Shown: positions 7,186 to 14,361 of the stretch, one piece after another | Position numbering within the stretch: the first letter of the stretch is position 1 | How the letters are laid out: every line of letters begins with the position of its first letter | Source: an uncultured Steroidobacteraceae bacterium | GTDB taxonomy: Bacteria; Pseudomonadota; Gammaproteobacteria; Steroidobacterales; Steroidobacteraceae | Reading direction: 5' to 3' | NCBI GenBank assembly: GCA_964586725.1 | Contig: CAZPJE010000209.1 | Location: forward strand, 1-16,270 | DNA: 16,270 nucleotides | Notes under the pieces: generated by a model | Told to the model about the DNA's origin: nothing | The model's input: only the letters and a program-made list of their open reading frames with translations | Databases searched by the model: none | Program-made: the position numbers and the translations under genes

Positions 7186-7305
7186 ATGAACTACGCCTTC
7201 AACGCAACAACCCCGCGACTGCACGACATGCAGCGCGCCGCGCTTCGGAATCCGGCGATTCCGTCGAGCGCGCCGCCGCGCGTCGATGAGGTCCTGATGC
7301 GTTAG
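7186..7305 (+). CDS. Small ORF (39 aa, MNYAFNATTPRLHDMQRAALRNPAIPSSAPPRVDEVLMR) or non-coding RNA body, lying between the candidate promoter and the terminator.
   Basis: ATG at 7186 with no clear SD. It is bracketed by a promoter-like element and a strong terminator. Coding status is uncertain. Confidence 0.2.
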   Translation: MNYAFNATTPRLHDMQRAALRNPAIPSSAPPRVDEVLMR

Positions 7306-7371
7306 CTTCCGATGCGAGTCGGAGGCTGACCACACGGCAGCCTCCGGATGCTCTCTACACGAGACCCCGGC

Positions 7372-7411
7372 AGGCCACCGTCTGCCGGGGTCTTTGTGTT
7401 TTGGGCCTGAC
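7372..7411 (+). terminator. Rho-independent terminator: 11-bp GC-rich stem GACCCCGGCAG/CTGCCGGGGTC, then TTTGTGTTTT. It is preceded by a second 9-bp hairpin at 7329-7355.
   Basis: Stem-loop plus U-tract read directly. It ends the rtcBA/small-ORF transcription unit. Confidence 0.7.
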
Positions 7412-7526
7412 GGTCTGACAAACGGCATTTCGTGCTGCGGTGCGGGTTCAACAGCCCGCCTGGCGCGCCTGTGCTCCGGCAACGGATCGCGCAGGGGTGT
7501 ACCGCACGGGTGTGCGTGTCGGAGCC

Positions 7527-7598
7527 AGCAAGCTAGCTCAGTTGGTAGAGCAACGGACAGAACTCCGTGTGTCGCGGGTTCGATTCCCGCGCTTGCAC
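7527..7598 (+). tRNA. tRNA-like gene on a tRNA-Phe-type scaffold (D-arm TAGCTCAGTTGGTAGAGCA, variable loop GTGTC, T-arm GCGGG-TTCGATT-CCCGC). It is non-canonical: 6-nt anticodon loop (CAGAAC, no U33), A1:A72 mismatch, no encoded CCA. Probably a pseudo-tRNA or a tRNA-mimic RNA.
   Basis: Manual cloverleaf: acceptor AGCAAGC/GCTTGCA (6 of 7 pairs), perfect D and T arms, anticodon stem ACGGA/TCCGT with only 6 loop nucleotides. Total 72 nt, against 73 expected without CCA. Confidence 0.5.
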
Positions 7599-7852
7599 CT
7601 CCTTGAGGTGGAGTGATGGTTCATTTGAGCGCGGAGCGAAAGCTTCGCATCGGGATGTCCCGGTGGGTCGATGACGGACACGACGTCGCGACACACAACG
7701 AGGGTACCGCCTTGAGCGGCCCACGGCGTGCGATGGCAGGCGCTGCACTGGCAGAGAGCCGCATCGTCCTCCCGGGTCGACCGCGGTGCCGGCGTGGGCC
7801 CATCCCGACCTATTCGACGAAATGCGCAAGGTGCGCAGGGAAGGAGAGTGTG

Positions 7853-9001
7853 ATGAAGATGATTCGGCGACTGACGGTCGCCCAGCACGAGCGGGTGCTC
7901 GTGTTCCGCGACCGACGCTTCGAGACGATTCTCGAGCCGGGCGTGCACTGGCTGTTCGACCCGCTGCGGCGTGTCGAACTGCAGGTGTACGACCTCACGG
8001 TGGCGGAGTTCGAACACCCGCGCGCTGAGTTCCTGCTGCAGGACGCGCGTGCTGTCATGGAACGCTACTTCATGATCGTCGAGACCGGCGATACCGAAGT
8101 GGGTGTGGTCAGCAAGCTGGGCCGTGTGACGGGCCTGCTGGGTCCGGGCCGTCGTCAGCTGTACTGGAAGGGTCCGATCGACGTGACCGTCGAGAAGATC
8201 GATTTCACGGCGACGATGGAATTGCCGGGTGCGCTGGCCCGTGTCCTGGTGCGCGCGAAGCAGCCGCTTGCGGCGCAGGTGAACGAAGCCGTCAGCGCGA
8301 TCGAAGTCCCGGACACGTCCGTCGGCATGCTGATCGTCGACGGTGAGTTCGTGCGGGTGCTCGAGCCGGGTCTGCACGCGTTCTGGAAGTACCAGCGCGC
8401 GCTGAAGACCGAGCTGGTGGATCGGCGCGTGCAGACGATGGAAGTGGCGGGTCAGGACATCCTGACGCGCGACAAGGTCAGTCTGCGCGTGAACCTGACG
8501 GCGCTCTGGCAGGTGGTCGACGCGGTGCAAGCCCGCGCAGCCGTCGTGAACGTCGTCGAGTCGGTCTACAAGGAATTGCAGTTCGCGCTGCGTGCGGCCG
8601 TCGGCGGCCGCTCGCTCGACGAACTGCTCGGCGACAAGGGCGTGCTCGATCGCGAGATCGGCGCGGCCGTGGCGACGCGGCTCGAAGTCCAGGGCGTGGT
8701 GGTGAAGTCGGTGGGCGTGAAGGACGTCATTCTGCCGGGTGAGATGAAGACGATTCTCAACCAGGTGGTCGAGGCGGAGAAGCGCGCACAGGCGAACCTG
8801 ATCCAGCGCCGCGAGGAGACGGCAGCGACGCGTTCGCTGCTGAACACCGCGCGGCTCATGGATGACAACCCGACGCTGCTGCGGCTCAAGGAGCTGGAGA
8901 CGCTCGAGAAGGTGACCGAGAAGATCGGGCACCTGACTGTCTTCGGCGGCCTCGAGGGTGTGATGAAGGACACGGTGCGCATCCAGCTGCCGGCACGCTG
9001 A
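7853..9001 (+). CDS. SPFH/band-7 (slipin-like) domain protein, 382 aa, with an N-terminal duplicated beta-rich region.
   Basis: AAGGAG RBS 6 nt upstream of ATG 7853. The C-terminal half (QDILTRDKVSLRVNLTALWQVVD...EAEKRAQANLIQRREETAA) is typical of SPFH domain plus coiled coil. The upstream ORF extension to 7613 lacks an RBS. Confidence 0.8.
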   Translation: MKMIRRLTVAQHERVLVFRDRRFETILEPGVHWLFDPLRRVELQVYDLTVAEFEHPRAEFLLQDARAVMERYFMIVETGDTEVGVVSKLGRVTGLLGPGRRQLYWKGPIDVTVEKIDFTATMELPGALARVLVRAKQPLAAQVNEAVSAIEVPDTSVGMLIVDGEFVRVLEPGLHAFWKYQRALKTELVDRRVQTMEVAGQDILTRDKVSLRVNLTALWQVVDAVQARAAVVNVVESVYKELQFALRAAVGGRSLDELLGDKGVLDREIGAAVATRLEVQGVVVKSVGVKDVILPGEMKTILNQVVEAEKRAQANLIQRREETAATRSLLNTARLMDDNPTLLRLKELETLEKVTEKIGHLTVFGGLEGVMKDTVRIQLPAR

Positions 9002-9019
9002 GCGCACCCAAGGAGAAGT

Positions 9020-9056
9020 CCCGGCGGACCAATGGGGGTCCGCCGGGTGTTTGTGT
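9020..9056 (+). terminator. Rho-independent terminator: CCCGGCGGACC-aatggg-GGTCCGCCGGG, then TGTTTGTGT.
   Basis: Perfect 11-bp stem and T-rich tail immediately after the SPFH gene stop. Confidence 0.75.
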
Positions 9057-9080
9057 GGCTAACTGATACGGAGAAGTACC

Positions 9081-9394
9081 ATGAAGACCAAGCGTGTACA
9101 CCGCGAAGCCGAGTGCTTTCGAGGTCACCAGTAAGCGTCGCAAAGGCTACCCCTCGGAAACGCGGGTGAAGCGCGGCATCCGGGTCGTGCATGGCGACAA
9201 GGAGCTGATCGAGAAACTCGGTCGTAACGACCCGTGCCCGTGCCAATCCGGTCGCAGATTTCAAGAACTGCTGCATGCAGACCGGAGAATTCGATGGTTC
9301 AGATCGGCACTACTTCTTTCAGAGAGTGAGATCCGTCGCTGACGTCGAAACCAGTTTGCGGCACGAGTGCGGCAGGGTCGACCTCCGGCTCTGA
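9081..9394 (+). pseudogene. SEC-C-motif (SecA C-terminal-type zinc-binding motif) small protein gene, disrupted. A frameshift falls inside the [12 protein letters not shown] / DFKNCC motif, and the gene ends exactly at the IS boundary.
   Basis: ATG 9081 with GGAGAAG RBS gives only 17 codons. Frame +1 (9094..) encodes ...[18 protein letters not shown], while the completion of the motif (DFKNCCMQ) lies in the third frame up to TGA 9392-9394. At least one indel is inferred. Confidence 0.4.
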
Positions 9395-9453
9395 CGTCGC
9401 CCCCGTTTGCGTACGGTTTGCGGTTAGAGCACCGCCAGTTCTGAAGTCCGTTT

Positions 9454-10221
9454 CTACTGACGCTTCTGTGCATACTCGTTCGGTGTCAGGTGCCCGAGCG
9501 AGCTGTGGGGTCGATGATCATTGTAATCGATCCGCCACGCCTCGATCTTCGCGCTGGCATCGTCGATCGATTCGAACTGCATCACGTTCAGGCACTCATC
9601 GCGCAGTCGCCCATTGAACGACTCGATGTGCCCGTGTTCAGTGGGTTTTCCCGGATGGATGAAGTCGAGCTTCACGCCTCGCCGATACGCCCATTCCTCG
9701 AGCACTTTCGACGTGAACTCCGTGCCGTGATCGATAGTGATCGATACCGGTGTGCCAGCTCGCTCGATCGCCCGCTCCAGGGGCGCGACAACGTCGCGTC
9801 CGCCAAACGAAAACCGCGACTCAAGCAACGGAGTCTGACGACTAAACTGATCGACGATGGGGAGCACCCGAAACGCCCGGCCGCTGAACAACTGGTCATG
9901 GACGAAATCCATGCTCCAACGCTCGTGCGTACGCCGCGCCTGCGGAACAGGGCCACGATGCAGGCTCATGTGCTTGCGACGACGCACGCGCATGCGGATT
10001 TGCAGGCCCTCGAAGCGATACCAGCGATACACGCGCTTCCGGTTCACCTTCCAGCCCTCTCGTCGCAGCATGACGTGGATACGCTGATAGCCGAAGCGCG
10101 GCCTCGCGTGCGCGATCTCGCGAATGCGAAGGCGCAGAGCCGATTGGTCTCTGGCCTGGCTCTTGGCGTACCACCCGCCATGGGAGAACTGCCCCAGCTC
10201 TATAGCTTTGCGCACGCTCAC
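9454..10221 (-). CDS. IS3-family transposase OrfB (integrase/DDE catalytic core), 255 aa as a stand-alone ORF. Normally expressed as an OrfAB fusion by -1 frameshifting.
   Basis: Characteristic IS3 OrfB sequence (...DHGTEFTS...YNDHRPHSSLGHLTPNEY). The -1 frame continuation from orfA (..VVRKK|ALRPALRRALAEW..) reads straight into it. Confidence 0.85.
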   Translation of the reverse strand: MSVRKAIELGQFSHGGWYAKSQARDQSALRLRIREIAHARPRFGYQRIHVMLRREGWKVNRKRVYRWYRFEGLQIRMRVRRRKHMSLHRGPVPQARRTHERWSMDFVHDQLFSGRAFRVLPIVDQFSRQTPLLESRFSFGGRDVVAPLERAIERAGTPVSITIDHGTEFTSKVLEEWAYRRGVKLDFIHPGKPTEHGHIESFNGRLRDECLNVMQFESIDDASAKIEAWRIDYNDHRPHSSLGHLTPNEYAQKRQ

Positions 10222-10271
10222 CGCGTAGCGCTCCCGGATCCACTCGGCCAGCGCGCGCCTGAGCGCTGGCC

Positions 10272-10538
10272 TCAGAGCTTTTTTCGGACGACTTCTCCCA
10301 GGATGTGCTTGTCGAGCGTGAGCTCGGCGACCAGACGCTTCAGCCCCGCGTTCTCATCCCGTAGCTGACGCATCTCCCGGATCTCGGTCATGCCAAGCTT
10401 GCCGTACTTCCTCTTCCACAACTAGAAGCTCGCCTCGCTCACGCCCAGCTGCCGACACACGTCGACCACGGGCGTGCCGCCCTCAGCCTGGCGCAGCGCG
10501 TAGGTGATCTGCTCGTCCGTAAACCGTTTGCCCTTCAT
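10272..10538 (-). pseudogene. IS3-family transposase OrfA (HTH) interrupted by an in-frame amber codon (TAG at 10424..10422, where family members have Tyr in EASFYxWKRKYG).
   Basis: Translation MKGKRFTDEQITYALRQAEGGTPVVDVCRQLGVSEASF*LWKRKYGKLGMTEIREMRQLRDENAGLKRLVAELTLDKHILGEVVRKKL. The stop falls in the otherwise conserved SF(Y)LWKRKYG motif. Confidence 0.7.
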
Positions 10539-10704
10539 GCTCCTCGTCTCCTCTGGTGGGAAACTTCAGAGCCAGCTTAGTCAAACTCCAAACTGTCCGG
10601 AAATCGGGGACCACGTCACCGGGGGCAGACCACAGGTGCGGCCCTCGTTCCTTGGCGGCTGGACTGGCGGCGCTGTTCCGCTGTCAGCGCCCGGAACGGC
10701 TAGC

Positions 10705-11252
10705 ATGGCGTTGCTAGCGCTGCTGGTCGCCAGTTGTGGTGGCGGTGGCGACGGTGGCTCGTCATCTCTCGCGCCAGCGCCGCCGCGCGTACCGCGCTCG
10801 CCGCCACGCCTTCATGCACCACGCCAGCGGGCCCGAACGTGACGCAGCGCCTGGGTTTCCTCTACGTCTCCTCGGCCCATGACAGCCCGTCATCGGTCGG
10901 CGGGCTCGCGGGCAACTACACGCTGGCGATCAGGCCCGTCAGCAACATGCTGAACGTCAATTCGAGTGGCGTCGTCTTCGCGATGTACGGCAACGGTCCG
11001 CGCTGCACTGTGATCGGGCGTTTCAGCGTGATCGACGCCCGCTTCAATCCCTATCGCGCTGAGTGGATCTTCGCCGCCTGCGCGGTGCCCGGATCGCAGG
11101 CCTACGAGGGCGTCACGTTCACGGGCTTCGCGCAGCGGACTACGAGCACGCCGAACTCTGGAGCGGCTCGCGGCAACGCGATCTACGTCCTGCTGACGGC
11201 GACGGTGCAGAATCGTCTGTCGTGGATCAGCGTTGTATACGATCCGAACTGA
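10705..11252 (+). pseudogene. Putative lipoprotein gene with an apparent frameshift. The signal peptide and lipobox (MALLALLVASC|GGGGDGG) are in frame 1 to 10842; the mature beta-rich domain is in frame 0 (10734..11252).
   Basis: The lipobox LVASC is directly readable. The Pro/Arg-rich continuation of frame 1 looks non-native, while frame 0 continues as plausible protein. An indel near 10760-10800 is inferred. A sequencing error is equally possible. Confidence 0.4.
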
Positions 11253-11270
11253 TGGCGACGGGTGTGGGCG

Positions 11271-13115
11271 CTACCCTCGGCGCCGCCGCGCCCAGGCTGC
11301 GAGCGAGGGCGCGACCACATGGTCATAGAGTCCAACGCCGATCGCATGCAGGACGGGTGCGCGGAAGACTCGCGCGACACTTCGGTAGGCAGGCATGCGA
11401 TCCCACAGTGCCAGCAGCGCATCGAAGCCACTGAATATCCGCCCCTGCTCGTTTCGCAGGTACAGCCGTGACTCGAGATGTTCCGAGCGCAGCCCCCAGG
11501 TCGCGACGCGTGCCGCTTCCTTTGGGCCATCCACGAACTCGGTAGCGGGCTTGCCGACCGCATCTGATGCGAACCTTTTCGCATAGTGCGATATCTCCAT
11601 GCTGCACACGGGGCAGTCGCCATTGAAGTAGACCTCGCAGCGGGCGTTCGCGTCTGCGACCGGGAGCACGGCCGGTGGTGCCCGCAGCAGATCGCGCAGC
11701 GCACGCTGCGCGGTGGGGTACTGGAACCGGAAGCCTCGCGACAGCAGGCGACTCGGGTAGACGCGCTGCCCGTCCAGCAGCAGTTCCGACATCTCGCCGA
11801 GCATCAGGCGCAGCGGGGTGGCGGGGGAGCGCAGCCATTGCGGCCGCGCCAAGGTGCGAGCGATCAGGTGCTGGAAGTGGCGCTGCCTGAGTGCCTGCGG
11901 CGCCACGGCATTCACGGGGCCTGCGATCGCGATGGTATCGAGCGCAAACACGATGGCGCGCACGAGGTCATCGATGTGTATCCACGACACCCACTGGCGA
12001 CCGTTGCCGAGCACGGCACCGAACCCGAGTCGTGTCGGCAGCGCGAGGCGCGGCAGGATGCCGCCATCGCCGAGCACGAGGCCGACGCGCAGCATGACGG
12101 CCCGCACTCCGAGCGCCGCGAGCGGCATGGCAGTGCGTTCGACCGACTGGCACAGCTGCGACTGGAAGCCAACGCCAGGTCCATGCTGCTCTGAGAGGCG
12201 TTCGTCATCACGCGGCCCGTAGAAGCCGATCGCGCTCGCGCCGACCCAGACGCGTGGCGGCGTGGTCAACCGTCCGCACAGTTCGATGAGTTGCTGCGCA
12301 GTCTCGACGCGACTCGCCACGAGTTTGCGGCGACGCGACCGTGTCCAGGGCGGGCCGAACACGGGCGCGCCGGCGAGGTGCACGATGGCATGCAGGCGCG
12401 CATCGGTGTCGATCTCGGCCAGGTTCGTGATGATCCGCACTTGAGGCCCGAAACGGTTGAGCGCGCGCTCGGCATCGCGTGTCCACACCCAGACGGCATC
12501 GCCACTGCGCAGCAGGCGCCGCACGAGATGCCCACCCACGAACCCCGTAGCCCCCGATACCAGCACCGCGCGCCCCGTCGGGCGCGCCGCGCGTTCAATC
12601 GGCTCGCGCACCCACTCGGGCGGCGCGAAGTGGCGCAGTGCGGCGGTGCCGGTGCGCAGCGACCAAGCGGTCGAGCCGATGCCAAACAGCGTGAACACCC
12701 ATGACACTGCACCGTAATCCGCGGCGACCACCCCATGTGGCAGTGCGAACCAGCCCGTGAGCACGGGCCATAGGGCAAAGAGCACAGCCCCTATGCTGAT
12801 CGCCAGCAGCGTATGCAGCACGCGCTCCGCACGAGGCAGGCGGCGGGTCTGGTCTTCGACGATGAAATCCGCCAGCGTGATGATGATCTCGGCGATGACG
12901 ACCGCCGCAATCAGCAGTGCCCAGGCACCGTGCCACGCGTACCAGGCCAGTGCGAAGAACAGGAAGCCGTACAGCGCTTCGCGCGCAGCGTGCAGCGAAA
13001 GTTCCGCGCGCGCCGATCGCTTCGCCGGGAGCTTCTCGGTGATCTCGTGGTGCCACAGGTTGTCGAAAGCACCCATGACTGCCTGAAGGGTCAGCAAGGC
13101 GAACAAGGTGTTCAT
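11271..13115 (-). CDS. Three-domain fusion protein, 614 aa. N-terminal roughly 170 aa is a 4-TM membrane domain. The centre is a YfcH/SDR39U1-type NAD(P)-binding epimerase-like domain (TIGR01777-like, with DUF1731-type C-terminal segment). The C-terminus is a DCC-family (DUF393) thiol-disulfide oxidoreductase domain.
   Basis: Rossmann motif VLVSGATGFVGGHLVRRLL. YfcH-type tail LGEMSELLLDGQRVYPSRLLSRGFRFQYP. DCC motif EVYFNGDCPVCS with WDRMPAYRSVARV. Start ATG 13115 has a GGAGAG RBS and overlaps the upstream gene stop (ATGA). Confidence 0.8.
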   Translation of the reverse strand: MNTLFALLTLQAVMGAFDNLWHHEITEKLPAKRSARAELSLHAAREALYGFLFFALAWYAWHGAWALLIAAVVIAEIIITLADFIVEDQTRRLPRAERVLHTLLAISIGAVLFALWPVLTGWFALPHGVVAADYGAVSWVFTLFGIGSTAWSLRTGTAALRHFAPPEWVREPIERAARPTGRAVLVSGATGFVGGHLVRRLLRSGDAVWVWTRDAERALNRFGPQVRIITNLAEIDTDARLHAIVHLAGAPVFGPPWTRSRRRKLVASRVETAQQLIELCGRLTTPPRVWVGASAIGFYGPRDDERLSEQHGPGVGFQSQLCQSVERTAMPLAALGVRAVMLRVGLVLGDGGILPRLALPTRLGFGAVLGNGRQWVSWIHIDDLVRAIVFALDTIAIAGPVNAVAPQALRQRHFQHLIARTLARPQWLRSPATPLRLMLGEMSELLLDGQRVYPSRLLSRGFRFQYPTAQRALRDLLRAPPAVLPVADANARCEVYFNGDCPVCSMEISHYAKRFASDAVGKPATEFVDGPKEAARVATWGLRSEHLESRLYLRNEQGRIFSGFDALLALWDRMPAYRSVARVFRAPVLHAIGVGLYDHVVAPSLAAWARRRRG

Positions 13116-13798
13116 AGCCGCTCTCCGTGGGCGCGAAAGCGCCCGGTCTGATAGAACAATTCACCGAACCATCCGTGCGTGACTCGCAACGTGAAGCGGA
13201 ACCAGCCGTCGCATTCATCGATGTGCTCGACATGCGTCGTGCCCGGCGACAGCCAGCGCGGCAGCCGCATATGCCACTCGTGGGCGAAGCCGCTGCGCCG
13301 CAACCACTCGAGCGAAAGATCGAAGTAGTAGCCCGTGCTGACGAAGTGCAGCACGCCGTCGCGCTCGTGCAGTTGCAGCGGCATGCAGAGCCGCGCCGGC
13401 AGGCGTTCGACCAGTCCGCCATGCCGGTCGATGACCTTGGTGGAGCGCACCAGCGACCGTCCGCCGTCGGGCCAGCAGTACTCGCGATGCCAGTCGACGC
13501 CGCCATCATGCGGACCGACGTGGACGACCGCGGGGATGTTCACGCCCACGGCCGCGACGACCGGCGTCCCCAGCAGGCGGGAGACGAGTGCGATCAGTCG
13601 GCCGACGCGGCTTGCCCGCACGACCTCGAAGGTGCCGACATAGTCGACGCGTCGCGCGGGTTCCTCGAAGCGGTGGCGGACCGCGGGCGGCAGCCGCGAC
13701 CAGGCGGTCTCGCCGATGACCCGGCGGACGCCGCTGTGAGCGTGAGCGCTAGCCGGGCAGGGGGTCTCGAGCGGAAGCATCTGGTCGGAGGAGATCAT
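13112..13798 (-). CDS. DUF4166-like domain protein, 228 aa.
   Basis: GGAGAC RBS. Its stop overlaps the start of the fusion gene (ATGA). The sequence pattern recalls DUF4166 proteins, which commonly accompany NAD(P)-binding saccharopine-dehydrogenase/epimerase-like genes. Family assignment is from memory, not from a search. Confidence 0.6.
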   Translation of the reverse strand: MISSDQMLPLETPCPASAHAHSGVRRVIGETAWSRLPPAVRHRFEEPARRVDYVGTFEVVRASRVGRLIALVSRLLGTPVVAAVGVNIPAVVHVGPHDGGVDWHREYCWPDGGRSLVRSTKVIDRHGGLVERLPARLCMPLQLHERDGVLHFVSTGYYFDLSLEWLRRSGFAHEWHMRLPRWLSPGTTHVEHIDECDGWFRFTLRVTHGWFGELFYQTGRFRAHGERL

Positions 13799-13825
13799 GT
13801 GCGTGTCTCCGCGGTGTCCGTGGCA

Positions 13826-14332
13826 TCACTCGCCCACCAGCTTCGAGATGCGCTCGCCCATCTTCATCATCTTCAATAGCGACTTGCGCGGCATGCGCTT
13901 GATCGAGTCGTACCACTGCGTCATGGTTTCCATGAACTCGAGCTGCGCGCGGATGCGCTCGCGGACAACGCGCGGCGTGTCTGTCTCACGCTCGAATTGG
14001 GCGACGCAATCGCGCAGCGCCTGCAAGGTCGGGTCGATCTCGCGCCGTTTGCGACCCTCGATGATCGAGCGGATCACTTCCCACGTGTCGTGCTGGGCGG
14101 CGAAGAAGTCGCGCCGGTCGCCTAGCACCTGCGTGACGTGCACGAGGTCCCAGGCCTGCAGCTCGCGCAGGCCGGTGCTGACATTCGAGCGGGCGATGCC
14201 GAGCGTCTCGGCGATCTCGTCGGCATGCAGCGGTTCTTCGGCCAGGTAGAGCAGCGCATGGATCTGCGCCACGGACCGGTTCATGCCCCAACGACTGCCC
14301 ATTTCGCCCCAGTGGACGATATAGCGCTGCAT
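13826..14332 (-). CDS. MarR-superfamily winged-helix regulator of the GbsR/OpcR-like subtype, about 168 aa (or 174 aa from the upstream ATG 14350).
   Basis: MQRYIVHWGEMGSRWGMNRSVAQIHALLYL...ADEIAETLGIARSNVSTGLRELQAWDLV is the typical HTH region of this subfamily. It is the first gene of the minus-strand operon, 27 bp upstream of the DUF4166 gene. Confidence 0.8.
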   Translation of the reverse strand: MQRYIVHWGEMGSRWGMNRSVAQIHALLYLAEEPLHADEIAETLGIARSNVSTGLRELQAWDLVHVTQVLGDRRDFFAAQHDTWEVIRSIIEGRKRREIDPTLQALRDCVAQFERETDTPRVVRERIRAQLEFMETMTQWYDSIKRMPRKSLLKMMKMGERISKLVGE

Positions 14333-14361
14333 GGTGGGTGTGAGGTGCATGGTGGGCCTCT

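Larger units (their letters stand above)
9392..10634 (-). mobile_element. IS3-family insertion sequence (IS407-like group), about 1243 bp, orfA-orfB with an A6G frameshift site. Imperfect terminal IRs TGTGGTCTGCCCCCG / TGACGTCGCCCCCG. No obvious target-site duplication at the inferred ends.
   Basis: DDE transposase orfB plus HTH orfA. The slippery GAAAAAAG lies at the orfA/orfB overlap. Both ends show a TG...GCCCCC motif. Boundaries are approximate (within a few bp). Confidence 0.8.

Noticed and set aside
7538-9007. 489-aa ORF on the minus strand antisense to the SPFH gene, and the 7613 start of the plus-strand ORF
   Set aside because: The antisense product is Arg/His/Leu-rich nonsense typical of high GC. 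The plus-strand segment 7613-7852 lacks an RBS and overlaps the tRNA-like gene flank. ATG 7853 has AAGGAG.
11323-13151. Multiple 60-200 aa ORFs in other frames or strands across the fusion gene (for example 11586..12194 +, 12266..12778 -, 12595..13509 -)
   Set aside because: Shadow ORFs. Only the 11271..13115 (-) frame yields recognisable Rossmann, YfcH-tail and DCC motifs in the right order.
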